From: Lama glama
Taxonomy: Eukaryota
Direction of reading: 5' to 3'
Assembly (NCBI GenBank): GCA_028534125.1
Contig: CM052817.1
Span: 2,916,001-2,980,000 of the forward strand
Length of the DNA: 64,000 nt
Below are positions 60,050 through 64,000 of this stretch, piece after piece. Numbering within the stretch: the stretch's first letter is position 1; each line of letters begins with the position of its first letter. The notes beneath the pieces are model-generated. The model ran no database searches and was not told where the DNA came from. It saw nothing but the letters and a program-made list of their open reading frames with translations. Position numbers and translations under genes: made by a program.

Positions 60050-61320
60050 AGCAGAGTCACAAGAGCACTTTGACGAGCAACTCTGAAAGCTAAATTGTCA
60101 TCGGAGCCACAGCTCATAATAAGCCCGGCCCCCATGTTACTCCTAAACAGAATGACAGCTGCTCACATGGAAGACTTAATGAGGATCTGGAGCTTCCCAA
60201 CGTGATGTCCAAATGCCCAGGGTACGGTGGGAAATCACTCATCACACCGAGAACCATGATGACAAGTATCTGAATGAGAAATGAGAAAAGGCAATCAACA
60301 CATACTAACACAGAAGAGAATCAGACGCTGGAATTTTCCAAGACGTTGGATTTTTAAGGCAGTCATCACAAAAATACATCAACAAACAATTACCAGCACT
60401 CTTGAAACAGTTGAGAAAGGAAAAAGAAGAAAATCTCACAGAAGAAATACACTTCATAAAAAGGAATCAAGTGGAAAGTATGGAACTGAAAAATAAAATA
60501 GCCAGAGGTTAAAAATCCACTGGATGGCTTCAACAACAGAACAGCAGAATATGACAGAGGAATCATTGAACTTGAAGATAGAACAAACAGAAATTGTCCA
60601 ATCTAAACAGCAGAGAGAAGATAGTAAAAAAAAAAAAAAAGAAAGAAAGAAAGAGAAGAGAAGAAGAGAAAATGAACAGAGCCTCAGAGACCTGTGGGAC
60701 AACACTTGTAACTGGAGTCCCAGAAGGAAGAGAATGGATCTGAAAAATGTTCAAAGACATAATGACTGAAAACTTATCAGATTTGGCAAAGGACATAAAC
60801 CTATAGGCTCACGAAACTGACTGAACCCCAAGTGGGATAAGCCCAAAGTAACCCACACAAAACACTCCATAACTAAACTTATCAAAAATAGAAACATAAA
60901 CAAATAATCTTGAGAGCAGCCCGGGAGAAAAGACATAATACGATGTTCCCTGCGGGCGACACCGATGCAAATGATGGCCGACTTCTCCCCAGAACCCGCA
61001 GGGGGCAGAGGACGGTGACATGGCGTTTGTCACATGCAGAGAGACAGTTGCTGAATTCTACGTTGGGTAAATTTTCCACTCATTCAACGAGTAGAAAATT
61101 CAGATGTTCTCAGACAAAGGAAAACTAAGAGAAGTTTTTGCTGGCAGACGTGCTTGGCTGAAGAAAGGTCTCTGAACGGAAATGAAGTGATGAGAAGGTT
61201 TGGAAACTCAGAAAGGAGGAACAGCGAAAGGGAAAAATCGGGGCCAACATGACAGACCGTCCTTCTCTTTGTGAGTCCCTTATGTCATGTTTGATGATTG
61301 AAGGAAAAATTGTAACACCT
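60050..61320 (+). mobile_element. Old L1 ORF1-region fragment (L1M/HAL1-type), disrupted
   Basis: A-rich block. Translation at 60524-60769 includes EESLNLKIEQTEIVQSKQQRE...ENEQSLRDLWDN, typical of the L1 ORF1p coiled coil. Multiple stops and frameshifts. Confidence 0.8.
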
Positions 61321-63336
61321 GATGCAGGAGCTCAAGGCAGGAGGAGGAGACAGCCGAGACAATCAGAGCTGACCAGTCAGGGAGCTGCATGGCAGTGAGG
61401 TCTCCGCGCTCCAGGCGAGCGTGAGGCCCTGGGACCCAACAGCCTGAGCACGCGGCATTCTAGAAGCTGTGCAGGTGACGGCCGCGCACCCAGGGCAGAA
61501 CCGCTGTTAAGACCCGGTGAGGCTGGAAGTGAGGGCACAGCTGTGTCCGGAGCTCTGAGGCCGTGGCTCTCGAGCCCTCGTATACGGCAGGGTGCCCTGG
61601 AGCGCCTGGGAGTCACAGCCCACTGGGCCCCAGCCCCGGAGCTCTGAGCCCGCCGGTCTGGGGGGCCGGAGGCGTGGCCTGTCTAGCAAGTTCCCGGCCG
61701 AGGCTTGTGCTGCTCGTGGGAGCCCCCGCTGTGACAACCCCGGCTCCAGCATCGCTGGCTGATCAGAGCTCCTGTGTGTCAGGGGAGGGTCCCGCAGATC
61801 CTCAGCCTGACAGCCTCACATCCCTGAGTGTGCTGGGCTCAGTGTGTTAGACTAGGAAGCTGGCTAAGTCAGGAGGCCTCGTCTTGCGTCCCAAGGCTGG
61901 GTGACCTTGGGCAGGTCCCCCTGCGTCCCTGGGCCTCACCTCCCCTTCTGTGAGATGGGGGAGCCGGTGGGGTCACCTGCCTGGAGGAGCCCAGGGAGAT
62001 GGGAGGAACAAGGGGGGCCCGGCAGGCCCGGCCCGAGCGCCTCGTCCGGCTGCTGTCTCTCCAGCTCGCGTCTGTTTCATGTGTCAGAGTTCACGGAGAT
62101 TTCCTGTGACGAGGGGGCTCCTCTGCTAAAGCAAGTCTGAGAACCCTGACCTTGACGTTGTAAAAGGCCCTTCCTGACCCCCGTTGGCAAACAAGTGCCC
62201 GAGGCAGGTCCCCAGCAGACGCCCTCCCTCCGGTGTGGCCTGTGCAGGTGTCTTCCGTGTCCTCACTGAGCTCATGAGGACCGCCCCCCAGATGAAAGGC
62301 GCCTGGCTCAATCGGCACCCTTTGCTCAGAAGCAAGTCTTACTGGAGCGGGTGGGTAGGCGGGTGGGCGGCTCTGTGCACAGCGCCCGCCGCACCTTTGG
62401 ATGCTCGGTCCTCGGTCCTGTGTCCTATACACACACGTGGCCCTGTGAACACAGAGGGATGTGACCCGCTGCCCCTCTGAGCCCTCTCGGCGGCTCCCTG
62501 GGCCAGCGCTGTGGGCTGTCGCCTGAGCTGCTGCGGCCCCCTGCTCTTTACCGGCCCCCAGGCCACAGGAGGACAGCTAGTTCAGGCACTGGGACAGGCC
62601 TCCTCGGGGTGCTTCCCCCACCCCGGGGGGCATCCCCTGCCCCTCCAGGGGGGCCAGACTCTGCCACTTGCCCTCCTCTCCAGGATGCATCCCACACTCA
62701 CCTCTGAGCCAGGAGCACCCCCCTGCTCTCCAGGCGTGGCACCAAAGAAGTTCATGGGTGGTCTCAAAGCCTGGGGCCATCCCCAGGGCAGCCAGGGACG
62801 TGAGCAGTAGAGGTGCACCGGGTGTGAGATTCCCTCGGGGAATCCAGGGCCCCGTGTCTCAGACCTGCACTTTTTACTGGGGGAAAAACTAGACACTAGG
62901 ATTTTACTGTGAAATCCCCCAGATGCAAACAGGTCAAGAGTTTTTGAAAAATAGAGCAGTTTCCTGGCCCCCTCTGGTGGGGCTGGCCTCGGCCCCCCTG
63001 CCTGCGCGGGACTCCTTCCTCACTCTGTCCCCAGCTCTCCCCGTCTGCCGGGTGACCTGGTGACATGACGCCATGGCCCAAGGCTGCCGGAGGACACGGG
63101 TGCCTGCCGAGGCCAGGTCAGGCTCCTTGGCGGTCCTGGTGTCACGGGTGGGCCCAGGGATGTCACCTCCTTCCTGGCTCATCCTCAGTCAGCACCCTGG
63201 GGACAGAGGTCTCAGATGAGGCAGGGGTGCTCTTCCGGGCGTCACCCGCCTGCCCTGCTGGCCGGGGCAAGCCCCCGTCCGGCGCCTGGCCGAGCCCGGC
63301 TGCGTGCGTGACGGAGCTGTGCTGTGTCTGTTTCAG

Positions 63337-63398
63337 GGTTCCCCTATTCCAAGTCTGACCCTGTCCCTGGACATGGCAAGAATGGCTTGGACCACCGG
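63337..63398 (+). CDS. ABLIM2: ABLIM2 coding exon (exon 17 equivalent)
   Basis: ctgtttcag|GG acceptor, CGG|gtaggt donor, 62 nt. Encodes (R)FPYSKSDPVPGHGKNGLDHR. Confidence 0.94.
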
Positions 63399-64000
63399 GT
63401 AGGTACTTGACCCCGCCCTGCACACCCTCCCCGGCTTGCGCATACTAACATCACCTTGAGCCTAGTGTGGTTCCCGCAGCTTCATGGCCACGCAGCCAGG
63501 AGGAGGGGCCCCGGGGACGCGCTGCTCCAGCCAGGGCCAGGCCACAACCCAGCAACACCCCTTCCTCCCCTCTGCTCCCAGCCGCCAGGCCCCAGGGAGA
63601 CCTCAGTGTGAGGGGGCTGGGGTGGTGGGATCCCCCGGAGGAATCAGACCCTCCACAAGGCCCTCCTAAGCATCCTTCTTCTGAGACCTCGAGTCTAATA
63701 AGGACCTTAAAAGATAGGGATGTTCCGTGAGCAATGTGAGCCCAGGGTCTTTTCCTGGAATTCCCCTGCCCCGCCCCCGGCTCCGTCATCACCACTGATG
63801 GTGTCCCAGCACTGTGACTGTCCCCAGAACCACCCCGAGGAGATGGCTTTCTCTGCCTGCTCCCAGCAGAAGGCTGCTTTGAACTTCTCTCCAGCTCCCC
63901 AGATCTCAGGACATGAGAACTCAATTCAAACATTCTGGTGCTGACTTGTCCCCCACATCTGGGCCTTCACGATGTCTGTCCCTCTTCCCACAGCTCTGCT

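Noticed and set aside
1..64000. Hundreds of 60-300 aa ORFs in the six-frame track
   Set aside because: Expected in GC-rich intronic DNA. Compositions are Pro/Gly/Arg-rich with no recognisable domains. Only the segments overlapping ABLIM2 exons or L1 ORF1 are meaningful.

Overview
Mammalian, GC-rich genomic DNA, probably camelid judging by a tRNA-derived SINE resembling the camelid Vic-1 family. The whole window lies inside one + strand gene, ABLIM2 (actin-binding LIM protein 2). I traced 14 coding exons by hand: human-equivalent exons ~5-17 plus a 33-nt cassette exon. They splice in frame from LIM3 through the Ser/Pro-rich linker. The N-terminal exons and the villin-headpiece exons lie outside the window. 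The intron after the exon-16 equivalent hosts the L2-derived microRNA miR-95. The rest is intronic: SINE, MIR, L1, L2, MaLR/ERV LTR remnants, simple repeats, a VNTR and three assembly gaps. Nearly all ORFs in the six-frame track are spurious. I found no convincing new biological system. The best leads are a candidate unannotated 131-nt exon with a GC donor just upstream of miR-95, two possible internal promoters/first exons, unusual splice sites (GAG acceptor, NAGNAG, tandem donor) and miR-95 arm variants. Human exon numbers, protein sequence and repeat consensi are recalled from memory, not searched.
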